Positions 50,317-60,404 of a stretch of DNA of 64,000 nt are shown piece after piece; within the stretch, counting starts at the first letter, position 1, and the number at the start of each line of letters is the position of its first letter. Below the pieces are notes generated by a model that was not told the DNA's origin, did no database searches, and saw only the letters and a program-made list of their open reading frames with translations. The position numbers and the translations under genes are program-made. Source of the stretch: Candidatus Methanoperedenaceae archaeon (GTDB lineage: Archaea > Halobacteriota > Methanosarcinia > Methanosarcinales > Methanoperedenaceae); the NCBI GenBank assembly GCA_963753595.1, contig CAVWCX010000030.1, positions 33,985 through 97,984 of the forward strand, written 5' to 3'.

Positions 50317-51305
50317 TTGACGCCAGGGTGGCTTATAATCAGCTTAATCAAAAGTTACATTAGTATTTATAAATTAAATCGACCCTTCCATGCAACATGG
50401 CTCACTGTACCTACTGTGGTTGCCGGAGGGTTCACTGCACATGGTAGCATTAACCCGGAATTTTTTTTTTATTTACCTCTTTTGCATGGCTTACTACGAA
50501 CATCGGTAACTTTACCAATGACTACTTTGATGTCGAAAGCGATACATTAGGCAGACCAAATGCACCACTTGCATCCGGAGTAATTTCAAAAGCTCTAGCA
50601 AGAAATATTCTTATTGGTGAATACCTCATTTCATGTCTCCTTTTATTCTATATAGTACTTGCAACTGGATCCTTACTATTGTTTATCCTCGGAATTGTAC
50701 CCTTAATATGCACATATGTGTATTCCGTACCGCCATTTAAATCTAAAGATAAGGGGGCTGCAGGACCACTCACTATCTCAATAGCTTACATGTCCATTAC
50801 ACTGGGTGGTTGGGCGCTTGCTTCAGAATTAACTCTTGAAGCGGTCAAATTGGGCCTCTTTTTTGCGATAATGATGCTGGGTATTGGTTTTTCAAAAGAC
50901 TTTATGCATATTGAAGCAGACAGGGGTTTTTCCAATACCCCTCCAATTGCTTATGGAATCAGGAGAACAGCGATTATTGCTGCAATTTCACTAACCGTTC
51001 CCATAATCCTCATTAAATTTTTCGTCAGGATATCAGATAGTGATGAGTTTTTATTGGCAATGCCTTTGATGTTTGCTGTTATTGCAATCTTCTTTATGAT
51101 AAAAAAGCCAGAGGCAAAGAACAGGAACATCGTAATGTCGGCATTTCTGGTTTATATGAATGCCGTTTTTATCATTATTTATGTCTTAGCAAATATGCCT
51201 GTAGTCCTTATTTTATCGATTATGGTGAGCACAGTTATTGCAATAAAGACCTGGGCTTCAGGAAGAAAGTTTGAAATTGTAAAAAAAAGAGAAATAGACG
51301 ATTAG
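50317..51305 (+). CDS. Second UbiA prenyltransferase, frameshifted in the T10 run 50461-50470
   Basis: YKLNRP N-terminus; shifted frame gives NDYFDVESD..RPNAPLASG, YSVPPFK, KDFMHIEAD. Confidence 0.78.
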
Positions 51306-51307
51306 CG

Positions 51308-51883
51308 CTATTTCTGCATCCACATCGAGACATCTTTGAATTTTAACATACCGCCATAGGTACTTGTCCCAAGCTCAATATCGTTCAAAGAACCTTTAGC
51401 AGTAGCCTCTCTCTGTATTGAACTGCTGCTATACTTACTGACATAGTCACCATTTTTTGATGTGTACTTGTAGCTGCCCTTCATGACATCCCCTGTGCCA
51501 GTCCAATCTGCCTGAATACTGATAGTCTCCACAACAGGATTATACCAGTCATAAACATCTACGTTAATAGCAGAAAGAGTTGCTGATCCAAGTTTTTTAT
51601 CCATGGTGAATACGTTGTCCGTGGTGAAAGTATAACCCGACTTGCAAGTATAGTATCCGTATATATCTGATGTGCATATCGATACATAGATATCTGTCCC
51701 ATCATCTGACCTCGCAACTCCCACAAATTTGTCAGTGCTGCCGTTTTGGGTCTGTTCGTACCATTCTGCATATGCCGAATCACCATTTTGTCTGTAGATC
51801 GTTTTTTCTTCAAACGCCCCTACACTCATGGTCACAGAAAAAATGACCAATAAGGCAAAAGCTGCTATATATATTTGTTTCAT
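51308..51883 (-). CDS. Secreted hypothetical protein
   Basis: MKQIYIAAFALLVIFSVTMSVGA signal peptide, upstream GAGG; beta-rich, DWTGTG. Confidence 0.7.
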   Translation of the reverse strand: MKQIYIAAFALLVIFSVTMSVGAFEEKTIYRQNGDSAYAEWYEQTQNGSTDKFVGVARSDDGTDIYVSICTSDIYGYYTCKSGYTFTTDNVFTMDKKLGSATLSAINVDVYDWYNPVVETISIQADWTGTGDVMKGSYKYTSKNGDYVSKYSSSSIQREATAKGSLNDIELGTSTYGGMLKFKDVSMWMQK

Positions 51884-52196
51884 ATTTAACCTCTCTTCTT
51901 TTAGCTTGCATTTATGCAAGCCAACATTCTTGATATGATAACCGATTATATAACCTTTTCTAATAAAAAAAACAATTATAAGTATTATTATTAATTTTTA
52001 AACTTTAATAGGTATTAAATCTAAATAATAACCTATATAAATTATTATTTAATTAGAGAATTATGATCTAAACGTAATTTCGAATGCTAATTATGAAAGA
52101 TACATAAATTCCTGACTGAGTATCAATAGTAATAGTAGGCTGATTGCACCAACAATATCGAGCACTCCCCCTATAATCCTGAAACCAACAGACTCC

Positions 52197-53051
52197 ATCT
52201 GTTCCAGCGGATAGCATCTGTCAATGACCGATTTTAACTTTCCAGCCTTAATAAGCTCTTTAAGGAATATCATGTCTTCAGTTTTAATAACTACTGACCC
52301 ATGAGTGTCATGAGAGGAAAGAAATATTCCATTTTTATTTAGCGCTCTTTTACTACGTGAATGCGAAGCCTTAGCTACCGCATCAAAAATAAAATCGTAT
52401 TTCTCACTGCTTTCTGTAAAATCGGTTGTGGTGTAATCAATTGTCTGATCGGCTCCCAGGGATTTAATTAATTCTAAACCCGGTAACTTCTGCCCCAAAA
52501 TATTTTGCTATCTGGACCGCGGCTGAACCTATCCCGCCGCTGGCTCCATTGACTAAAACCTTTTGTCCTGGCTGGATATTTACTTTTCGAAGCAAATTCA
52601 ACGCCATTATTGCACCATAAGGAACGACGGCCGCTTCCTCATAAGTCATATTGGCGGGTTTTATAGCCACACACCCGTTTTCAGGCATACAAAGATACTC
52701 AGCATAAGCACCCATGCTTTGGCCGAGATATCCAAAAACCTGGTCGCCTTGCTTAAATGATTTTACATCTTTGCCTGCTGATTCAATTTCCCCGGCAAAT
52801 TCACTGCCCAGTATATTTATTTTTGGTTTCCTGAGGCCAAACGCTATTTTCCCGAATATCCAGAAGAGGAAAGGCATGTTGAATTTTCGAGGGGAGATTT
52901 CTCTAAAGTTTCGAGCTGTAATATCCCCGTAATTTACAGATGTCGCATATATTTGTATCAGTATTTCATTATCCTTCGGGGCTGGTTTTGTAACCTCTTC
53001 GAGATGAAGAACATCGGGGGGTCCGTATTTTGTGTATACAACTGCTTTCAT
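52197..53051 (-). pseudogene. MDR NAD(P)-dependent oxidoreductase with an internal deletion/frameshift near 52478 and truncated C-terminus
   Basis: [19 protein letters not shown]; lacks the VCSxxN present in paralogs; homology ends at YPLEQM. Confidence 0.78.
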
Positions 53052-53992
53052 AAGTGTTCCTCTATAGTTATTACTACATTTCCCTTTTTATGTCCTTTTT
53101 CCACATATCTATGAGCTTCGACAATCTGTTCCAGAGGATACGTTCTATCAATGACCGGTTTTATTTTCCCCGTCTCAATAAGATCCTTGATCAAAATTAA
53201 AGATTCAATACGTATCTTTGGTGTTCCATCATCGACTGATATGTATTTCCCTTTCGGGGTTAGCGCTTTTTTGCACTGAAGTTTTGAGCTATATCTTTTT
53301 CCAACGGCATCAAAAATAAAATCATAAGATTCTCCTCTATTCGTAAAATCCTCTTTTGTGTAATCAATTACCTTATCGGCTCCCAGGGATTTCACCAATT
53401 CTAAATTTGCAGTACTGCATACACCGATAACTTCTGCCCCAAAGTACCTGGCAAGCTGTATCGCAAAAGTACCTATCCCTCCGGAAGCTCCATAGATAAG
53501 AACTTTTTGTCCTTTGCGGATATTTCCTTTTCTAAGAAAATGCAATGCTAAAGTTCCCCTGGAAGGAACAGCTGCGGCTTCCTCATAGGTCATATTGGAT
53601 GGTTTTAATGCCATAATACAGTCAGCAGGCATACACAATCCGTCTTCAGGCAGACAGGTGTATTCGGCATAAGCACCAAAACGCTTGCCGGTAAATGAAA
53701 AAATCTTGTCACCTTTTTTAAATCGTTTTACATTTTTGCCTATTGCTTCAATTTGTCCGGCTAACTCAAACCCCAGTATAGGTTTTCTTGGTCTTCTGAA
53801 ACCAATGAATATTCGCATTGGGATCCATAGCAAGAGATTTACTTTGCCACTTCGAACTATACAGTCCGAGACTGTTACTGCTGCCGCATGAATTTTTACC
53901 AGCACTTCATTGTCCTTCGGAGTAGGTTTTTCAACTTCTCTGAGTTCAAGAACTTCCGGCGGTCCGTATTTTGTGCATATAATCGCTTTCAT
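53048..53992 (-). CDS. MDR (alcohol dehydrogenase / quinone reductase-like) oxidoreductase
   Basis: [22 protein letters not shown]. Confidence 0.92.
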   Translation of the reverse strand: MKAIICTKYGPPEVLELREVEKPTPKDNEVLVKIHAAAVTVSDCIVRSGKVNLLLWIPMRIFIGFRRPRKPILGFELAGQIEAIGKNVKRFKKGDKIFSFTGKRFGAYAEYTCLPEDGLCMPADCIMALKPSNMTYEEAAAVPSRGTLALHFLRKGNIRKGQKVLIYGASGGIGTFAIQLARYFGAEVIGVCSTANLELVKSLGADKVIDYTKEDFTNRGESYDFIFDAVGKRYSSKLQCKKALTPKGKYISVDDGTPKIRIESLILIKDLIETGKIKPVIDRTYPLEQIVEAHRYVEKGHKKGNVVITIEEHL

Positions 53993-54450
53993 TCTTTATC
54001 TCCTTTGAACAGGGAATAGCCCGACAGGCCAATGCCCACAACGTATGAAGCGCTCAGAACAACATTCACCTGCCATCTTACATTTTCGATGGGTGCGGAG
54101 GCGATGAAGGCAAATATCTCGACAAAGCCAATCGTGATCAACAACGCCCAAAATGCCCATTTTTGGCCTTTGCTTAGACTTAACCGGATAACAAACCAAG
54201 CCAGTACTGAGAGGGCAATCGCGTAAGAGTTGTACAGGATCGTCAAAGCATTGAGCGATGTAATGACCTTGGAATCCAGGCTAGCGATTTCAGATTTTTC
54301 AAACACCATTCCCAGAAGCGGTGAGTTTCCAAAGTGAAAGACGACAATGGTCAATATCAAGGAGGAGAGAAAAAAATTGAGGCCGCACCATAAGGAAAGA
54401 AATCTTGAACCTGCTTTTAGCATTTTTGAAGTATTGTTAATTGAATTCAT
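53989..54450 (-). CDS. Hypothetical membrane protein
   Basis: Four hydrophobic segments; coupled within the operon. Confidence 0.6.
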   Translation of the reverse strand: MNSINNTSKMLKAGSRFLSLWCGLNFFLSSLILTIVVFHFGNSPLLGMVFEKSEIASLDSKVITSLNALTILYNSYAIALSVLAWFVIRLSLSKGQKWAFWALLITIGFVEIFAFIASAPIENVRWQVNVVLSASYVVGIGLSGYSLFKGDKE

Positions 54451-54461
54451 TTTTTATCTCC

Positions 54462-55184
54462 TTAGTTCATGTCTACTTTAGCATCCCCAGAAACAAGTGC
54501 AACTGGATTGAAACCTTTAACGATCAGCCATGCTGCGAGAGTCAGTTCCTGGAAGAATATAGGGATACTCAATAATGCGATTGGTGACCCCGAAAAAGGA
54601 TTAATCTGGAGGAACATCACCAAGAAGACTGAAGTCAAATGTAATATGATCGCAACAATGCCCCAACCCGACAGCCACCTTGGAATGAGTTTTGATTGGT
54701 AAAATACACAGTAATACATCAAAGCGCCAAGGCAAAAAGCGATTTGTGCCAACACTAAGGGCGCCCAAAAACGCACTGCGAGGAGCAAGTCAACTGCGGT
54801 TTGAAAAGTGGAAGCAGCAGGAGCATCTGCTTTTGCAGCTTCCTGGCTTAGTGTCAGTAATAATAGTAGGCCGAGCGTAGCAACAATCTGGAATACATTT
54901 TCAATAATTCGTAAACCAACAGCCCCAAGAGCCAAGAATTTGTTATGCTTTTTTAAAACGGGATACAGCCAAATTGCAATGTTCGCGCATGCAAATGCCA
55001 TAACTAACTCGAGGAACGCTCCCAACATCACCAGGTTTTTATTCTTGGTTAAATTAATAAGAAGATTTGGGTCATCCAGTATGGGTTTCAAAATAATAGC
55101 GCTGAATGCGCCTGCAAACCCAAGAAGGAATAATATCCCCACAATTATCGCTGCCTTTCTCTCAGAACTCATTTTGTTTGTCAT
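54462..55184 (-). CDS. DUF4386 membrane protein
   Basis: RKAAIIVG, LYPVLKK, SKLIPRWLSGWG, WLIVKGF. Confidence 0.82.
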   Translation of the reverse strand: MTNKMSSERKAAIIVGILFLLGFAGAFSAIILKPILDDPNLLINLTKNKNLVMLGAFLELVMAFACANIAIWLYPVLKKHNKFLALGAVGLRIIENVFQIVATLGLLLLLTLSQEAAKADAPAASTFQTAVDLLLAVRFWAPLVLAQIAFCLGALMYYCVFYQSKLIPRWLSGWGIVAIILHLTSVFLVMFLQINPFSGSPIALLSIPIFFQELTLAAWLIVKGFNPVALVSGDAKVDMN

Positions 55185-55203
55185 TTTAATCCCTTCTAAC
55201 TTA

Positions 55204-56136
55204 TTAAAGTTTATTATTATGTCCCACGGTTATCACTACATTTCCTTTTTTGTGTCCTCTATCCACATACCGGTGAGCTTCGACCATTTGTTCCAATGGA
55301 TATGTTCTATCAATAACTGGTTTTAGCTTTCCCGACTCAACTAGCTCGTTGATGAATAGATACTCTTCAGTTTTTTCACCATCATGGTCAGATGAATAAT
55401 GAACATTAAGATAAATTCCATTCTTTTTAAGCGATTTTTTAACTTGCCGGGAGGTTGTTTTACTTACTGCATCGAAAATAACATCATAGGTCTCACCATT
55501 TTTGGTAAAATCCTCTTTTGTGTAATCAATTACCTTGTCTGCTCCCAGAGATTTTACCAATTCCAAATTCGTGGTACTACATACCCCGGTAACTTCTGCC
55601 CCAAAATATTTGGCAAGCTGTACTGAAGAAGTACCGACAGCTCCAGAAGCTCCATAAATAAGCACTTTCTGTCCTTTTTGAATATTGCCTTTTCTAAGAA
55701 ATCTCAATGCCATATTACTGCCTCCTGGAATAGCAGCGGATTCTTCAAAGGACGCATTAGAGGGTTTTATAAATACCATTCCATTTTCTGGCATGCATTT
55801 ATATTCGGCATATCCACCGAAATTCTCCCCGAAGGTAGATGCAAAAACGAGGTCCCCTTTCTTGAATTTTGTTATGTTTTTTCCCACGGATTCTATTTTC
55901 CCTGCCAGCGACATTCCAAGGATAGCTCTTTTGGGTTTTCTGATACCCAGATATATTCTGGCCGGGAGCCACATTAAAATTGGAACTGTGAAGCTTCGCA
56001 TTCTGGAATCTCCTCTGGTTACCGTTGTTGTATACACTTTTATCAGTACTTCATTGTCCTTGGGCGTAGGTTTCTCCACATCTTTTAGCTGAAGAACTTC
56101 CGGCGGCCCGTATTTTGTACATATAATCGCTTTCAT
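55204..56136 (-). CDS. MDR oxidoreductase
   Basis: [15 protein letters not shown] start at 56136, [15 protein letters not shown]. Confidence 0.92.
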   Translation of the reverse strand: MKAIICTKYGPPEVLQLKDVEKPTPKDNEVLIKVYTTTVTRGDSRMRSFTVPILMWLPARIYLGIRKPKRAILGMSLAGKIESVGKNITKFKKGDLVFASTFGENFGGYAEYKCMPENGMVFIKPSNASFEESAAIPGGSNMALRFLRKGNIQKGQKVLIYGASGAVGTSSVQLAKYFGAEVTGVCSTTNLELVKSLGADKVIDYTKEDFTKNGETYDVIFDAVSKTTSRQVKKSLKKNGIYLNVHYSSDHDGEKTEEYLFINELVESGKLKPVIDRTYPLEQMVEAHRYVDRGHKKGNVVITVGHNNKL

Positions 56137-56177
56137 AAGTATTCTTCCAATTTTATAAGGTTTTGTTGTTATGTTCT

Positions 56178-56795
56178 CTATTTTTTCTTTGCTACAATGA
56201 AATATAGTTGTCCACTTTGATGCAAACATTCAGTTTCAATAATTTCAAAATTTCCATTAGCTATTGAATCTTCTAATTCGGAGATTTTAAATAATGTTAT
56301 CGGAGGAATTAATCCTATTTTGCTCACAGGCCATAACAGAACTCCTAAAAATGTCCCTCTGATACAAGGTGTTGCAGAAATAATCAATCCACCCGGTTTC
56401 AATAATTCGTTTATCCTTTGCATAACCTTTGGCGTATCTTCCACTAAATGGAGCAAGTGGAAACATAAGATCACATCAAATGATCCTTTTTTTAATTTTT
56501 CATCAAATATTGTTGTTTGCGTGAAATCTATGTTCTTAACTTTACGTTCTACAGTTTTTCTTTTCGCAGCTTCAATCATTTTGGATGAGATATCAATACC
56601 TGTGACGTTATTCACACTGCTTGCAATTTCAATGGCTGCTGTTCCTGTTCCACACCCATAATCTAAAACATTATCACTAATTTTAAGCCAGTTTCTGGTT
56701 TTTTCAATAATCTTAATATTAGTCGGTTCATCTTTTCTTTCTTCCCGATCAAAATACTTCGCCATCCTATCCCAGAACTTTTCTGATTTATTCAT
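56178..56795 (-). CDS. Class I SAM-dependent methyltransferase
   Basis: [24 protein letters not shown]. Confidence 0.9.
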   Translation of the reverse strand: MNKSEKFWDRMAKYFDREERKDEPTNIKIIEKTRNWLKISDNVLDYGCGTGTAAIEIASSVNNVTGIDISSKMIEAAKRKTVERKVKNIDFTQTTIFDEKLKKGSFDVILCFHLLHLVEDTPKVMQRINELLKPGGLIISATPCIRGTFLGVLLWPVSKIGLIPPITLFKISELEDSIANGNFEIIETECLHQSGQLYFIVAKKK

Positions 56796-57774
56796 TATGC
56801 CTCACAGTTATTACTACAGTTCCCTTTTTGTGTCCTTTTTCGACATACTTGAAAGCTTCGGCCGTCTGTTCCAACGGATAGCTTCTATCTATAACCGGTT
56901 TTAACTTTCCCGATTCAATAAGTTCTAAGAAGAAATTTAGATTTTCAACACTTTCGATTGATATCCCGCCCTTAATTTTCTTACCGCCGATAATTGAGGT
57001 CCAAATTATTTTTAGAATATCCTGTAGCCCAAGCAGATTTTCAAGATAAATTCCTTTTTGTTTTAACGAGCTTTTACATTGTGAGAACGTAATCTTGCCT
57101 ACCACATCAAAAATAACATCATAAGTCTCATCACTTTTGGTAAAATCCTCTTTAGTATAATCAATTACCTTATCCGCGCCTTGTGATTTCACCAGTTCTG
57201 CATTCGTGGCACTGCATACCCCGGTAACTTCTGCTCCATAGTACCTGGCAAGTTGAACTGCATAAGTACCTATAGCTCCCGAAGCGCCATGGATAAGTAT
57301 TTTTTGTCCGGCCTGGACTTTCCCCAGATCTCTTATAAAAAACAGTGCAGTATTCCCTGCTAAAGGAATGGCTGCGGCTTCCTCATAGGTCATATTAGCC
57401 GGTTTTATTGCCAACACCCCATCTTCAGATATACATATGTACTCTGCATGGGCACCAAAATCAGTACCGGATGATCCAAAAACCCGGTCACCTTCTTTAA
57501 ATAGTTTTACATCTTTGCCGACTGCTTCAATTTCTCCTGCCAAATCAATCCCCAGTATATTTATTTTTGGTTTTCTGAAACCAAAATGCATCCGTGCCGG
57601 GAATTTAAACGATCCAGGTACAAATGTGAAGTTACGGACGTTGCAGTCCGTTGTTGTTACTGTTGTTGCATATATTCTTATCAGTACTTCATTGTCTTCA
57701 GGGATGGGTTTTTCCACCTCTTTGAGCTGTAGTTCATCCGGCGGTCCGTATTTTGTGTGTAAAATCGCTTTCAT
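56788..57774 (-). CDS. MDR oxidoreductase
   Basis: YGPPDEL, GASGAIG, GHKKGTVV. Confidence 0.92.
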   Translation of the reverse strand: MKAILHTKYGPPDELQLKEVEKPIPEDNEVLIRIYATTVTTTDCNVRNFTFVPGSFKFPARMHFGFRKPKINILGIDLAGEIEAVGKDVKLFKEGDRVFGSSGTDFGAHAEYICISEDGVLAIKPANMTYEEAAAIPLAGNTALFFIRDLGKVQAGQKILIHGASGAIGTYAVQLARYYGAEVTGVCSATNAELVKSQGADKVIDYTKEDFTKSDETYDVIFDVVGKITFSQCKSSLKQKGIYLENLLGLQDILKIIWTSIIGGKKIKGGISIESVENLNFFLELIESGKLKPVIDRSYPLEQTAEAFKYVEKGHKKGTVVITVRHNE

Positions 57775-57802
57775 GATTATTCCTCCAAATTACTTTGATT
57801 TG

Positions 57803-58497
57803 TCATTTTACCTCGTTTGTATCGGTTTTTGGCGACCCTGAGGCGATTGCAGATGGATTGAATCCTTTCACGATCAGCCATACTGCCAAAAACATTTCTT
57901 GCGGAAGCATCTGCAAATACAAGATATCCAGAGTCGAGCCGAACATAGCGATCAAGCCTCCGGCCAGATACACCACGGCCGCAAAAATCCCCCAGCCGGA
58001 TATCCATCGCGGAATGAGTCTCGCTTGGTACAACAGGTAGTATAACATCAGGGCGCCGAGGCTAAAGACGATGGACATGATTGCAGAGATGGCTGGATAT
58101 ATTGCTTTGACCAATAAAATCCCGATACTACCAAACTGGGAAGTGACTACAGCCCCGGAATCTATATACTGACGGGCCACTACGACCAGGAGAAGCCAGC
58201 AAATCGCCGATGCAATATATGTAAATGTCTCCAGCGCTCCTCTGAAGAGGACATACCCGACAGCTAAAGCCTCGTTCTGTCTCTTGAGGATTGGGAACAT
58301 CATCGCCGGACCAAAATAAGAAGGGCTGTTAAATGGGCTCGGCTTGCACTTGAGGCTACTATGTTGAGGTAGTCGGGAGCGTCCAGAATACCCCACGAGA
58401 CAATCACGCTCAGAACGCCTGCAACCGTCCCAATGATATATAATACTCCCACAATTATCGCTGCCTTTCTGTCTGAATTCATTTCTGTTCCCATCAT
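57803..58497 (-). pseudogene. DUF4386 membrane protein with a small deletion/frameshift near 58310
   Basis: RKAAIIVG N-part (58300-58497) and PAMMFPILKR...LIPRWISGWG..WLIVKGF C-part in different frames. Confidence 0.75.
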
Positions 58498-58775
58498 TTT
58501 AATTCCTCCAGTATGATATTCCACTCGTTTTCAGGTAAGTCCTCTGCCAAGACAAAACTCAATCATAACTATAACATCTTAATACATAAGCTTTACTATT
58601 AATCGTCAAGTTGGTGTTTATTATAACTATATTAGTAAGATAAAACAATATAATTTCCATAGAATTACACATAGTCTTATGATTACAAAAGCATAACTAT
58701 ATGAATACATACGCAAATATATTTAAAAAGGAGCTAACTAAATGTTGTCGCCAGATGGCATAATGAGGACAAAAT

Positions 58776-59105
58776 ATGAGCCCGCTTGAAAAGTTATTTG
58801 GGAAAACAGCACAATTAACTGTACTGGAGTATCTCATGAGAAATAAAGGAGAGATCAATTATCTTTCCGGGATAGCACAGGGCACTGGATTATATCATTC
58901 CAGCGTGGCAAGAGTGATTGAACCTCTTTTGCAGAATAACATAATTATTGAGAAAAAGATCGGAAAACAGATACGTTCGTTTTATCTCAATGAGGAACAT
59001 GAAGCTGCAAAGCTTCTAATAAAATTCTATGATGAATTGAGATTATTACTGGACGAACAATTGCCTTCGCCTGATCTGGAAAAGCCGGTGGTAGATCATG
59101 AATAA
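58776..59105 (+). CDS. Winged-helix DNA-binding protein
   Basis: LEKLFGKTAQL.VL, LSGIAQGTGL.HSSVARVI. Confidence 0.75.
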   Translation: MSPLEKLFGKTAQLTVLEYLMRNKGEINYLSGIAQGTGLYHSSVARVIEPLLQNNIIIEKKIGKQIRSFYLNEEHEAAKLLIKFYDELRLLLDEQLPSPDLEKPVVDHE

Positions 59106-59610
59106 AAATATTGATGATAGGATCGTTGAGCTGATCAAAAAGAATGAAAATATCTCTAACAAAGAGATTTCCAGGATAATCGGTATCCCGGAAAAAGAAG
59201 TTGAAACGCATATCAGAGGTTTTTCTGATTCAAGAGAAAAGATCATGATAGTAGATGATGAGATGGCTACACTTCTTCCATTAAAAAGATCCCTTGAAGC
59301 ACAGGGTTACATAGTTATCGAAGCCTATGACGGTTACCAGGCGATCGAAAAATCAAAAACAGAGATACCAGAATTAATAATCCTTGATCTTATGCTCCCG
59401 GAAATTGATGGTTTTGAAGTATGCGCCCGGTTGAAAAAAGATGAAATTACAGGAAAAATCCCTGTGATAATGTTGACTGCCAGAGATGAAGTACGTGATA
59501 AAGTTGTGGGCCTGGAGATGGGTGCAGACGATTATGTAACAAAACCATTTAACCTGAATGAATTGAAAGCCCGCATAAAGAATGTGCTCAAAAGATCAAG
59601 AGAATCATAA
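59098..59610 (+). CDS. Response regulator (N-terminal HTH + receiver)
   Basis: IVDDE, LDLMLP, MLTA, GADDYVTKPF. Confidence 0.9.
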   Translation: MNKNIDDRIVELIKKNENISNKEISRIIGIPEKEVETHIRGFSDSREKIMIVDDEMATLLPLKRSLEAQGYIVIEAYDGYQAIEKSKTEIPELIILDLMLPEIDGFEVCARLKKDEITGKIPVIMLTARDEVRDKVVGLEMGADDYVTKPFNLNELKARIKNVLKRSRES

Positions 59611-59630
59611 TCCAATATCGGGGCAAATGT

Positions 59631-60106
59631 GTGAGAATACGGTCTGAACAGATCATTTTTTTCCTGATCATATCCATAATACCGCTATCCGCAGTTGTAT
59701 ATGTATCCTATGAGGACAGTCAGGCGGCTATTCGCAATTCAGTCAATACAAACCTGCTTGTTGCAACAGAAAATACTGGCAAGGCTATCGACAACTGGAT
59801 GGATGCAAGAAAGGACGATATCCGCATAATTTCTGTTATTGCTGAAAATTCCGAAGAAGAAAAGATAATGTCGAGATCAGAGTTGAAGATACAGGTATGG
59901 GAATAGATAATGATAAAATCGCGAAGATATTTGACAAATTTTATCAGGCAGATAGCACCTCCCGGCGAAAAACAGGTGGAAGCGGGCTTGGACTTACTAT
60001 ATCAAGCGGGATCATCAGGGCGCATGGCAGTGAGATATGTGTGGAAAGTGAACCGCAAAAAGGAAGTATTTTCTATTTCAAATTGAAAAAGTACGAGACT
60101 AAATGA
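59631..60106 (+). pseudogene. Histidine kinase remnant: N-terminal TM/sensor start joined out of frame to the HATPase end
   Basis: IIPLS..IDNWMD; then VEDTGMGI..IFDKFYQ..GGSGLGL..HG..KGSIFYF; no HisKA domain. Confidence 0.75.
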
Positions 60107-60387
60107 AGAAATATATTTATATAATATCTATTATAAGTATAATATTGCTATTATATGCAGGGATCATCCAGTATGAAAAATCCCCTGCGCAGAAGACTAT
60201 TATTGTGGTTTCAATGACTCCTGATGAGATGAGTTTCGCCCTTAAAAACGGAACAATATCAGGCTTTGTTTCATGGGAACCACATCCTGCAAAGGCTGTG
60301 ATTGACGGTTATGGCAGGTATCTTGTCAATGTTTTCTCCTTATCCGGTATCATCTATCATCCTTATCCACACCCTAATTTTGGATAG
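60103..60387 (+). pseudogene. Remnant of an NMT1/SsuA-like ABC substrate-binding protein
   Basis: N-terminal TM followed directly by ALKNGTISGFVSWEP; only 94 aa. Confidence 0.55.
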
Positions 60388-60404
60388 CAGGGATTGAGCT
60401 GTGT

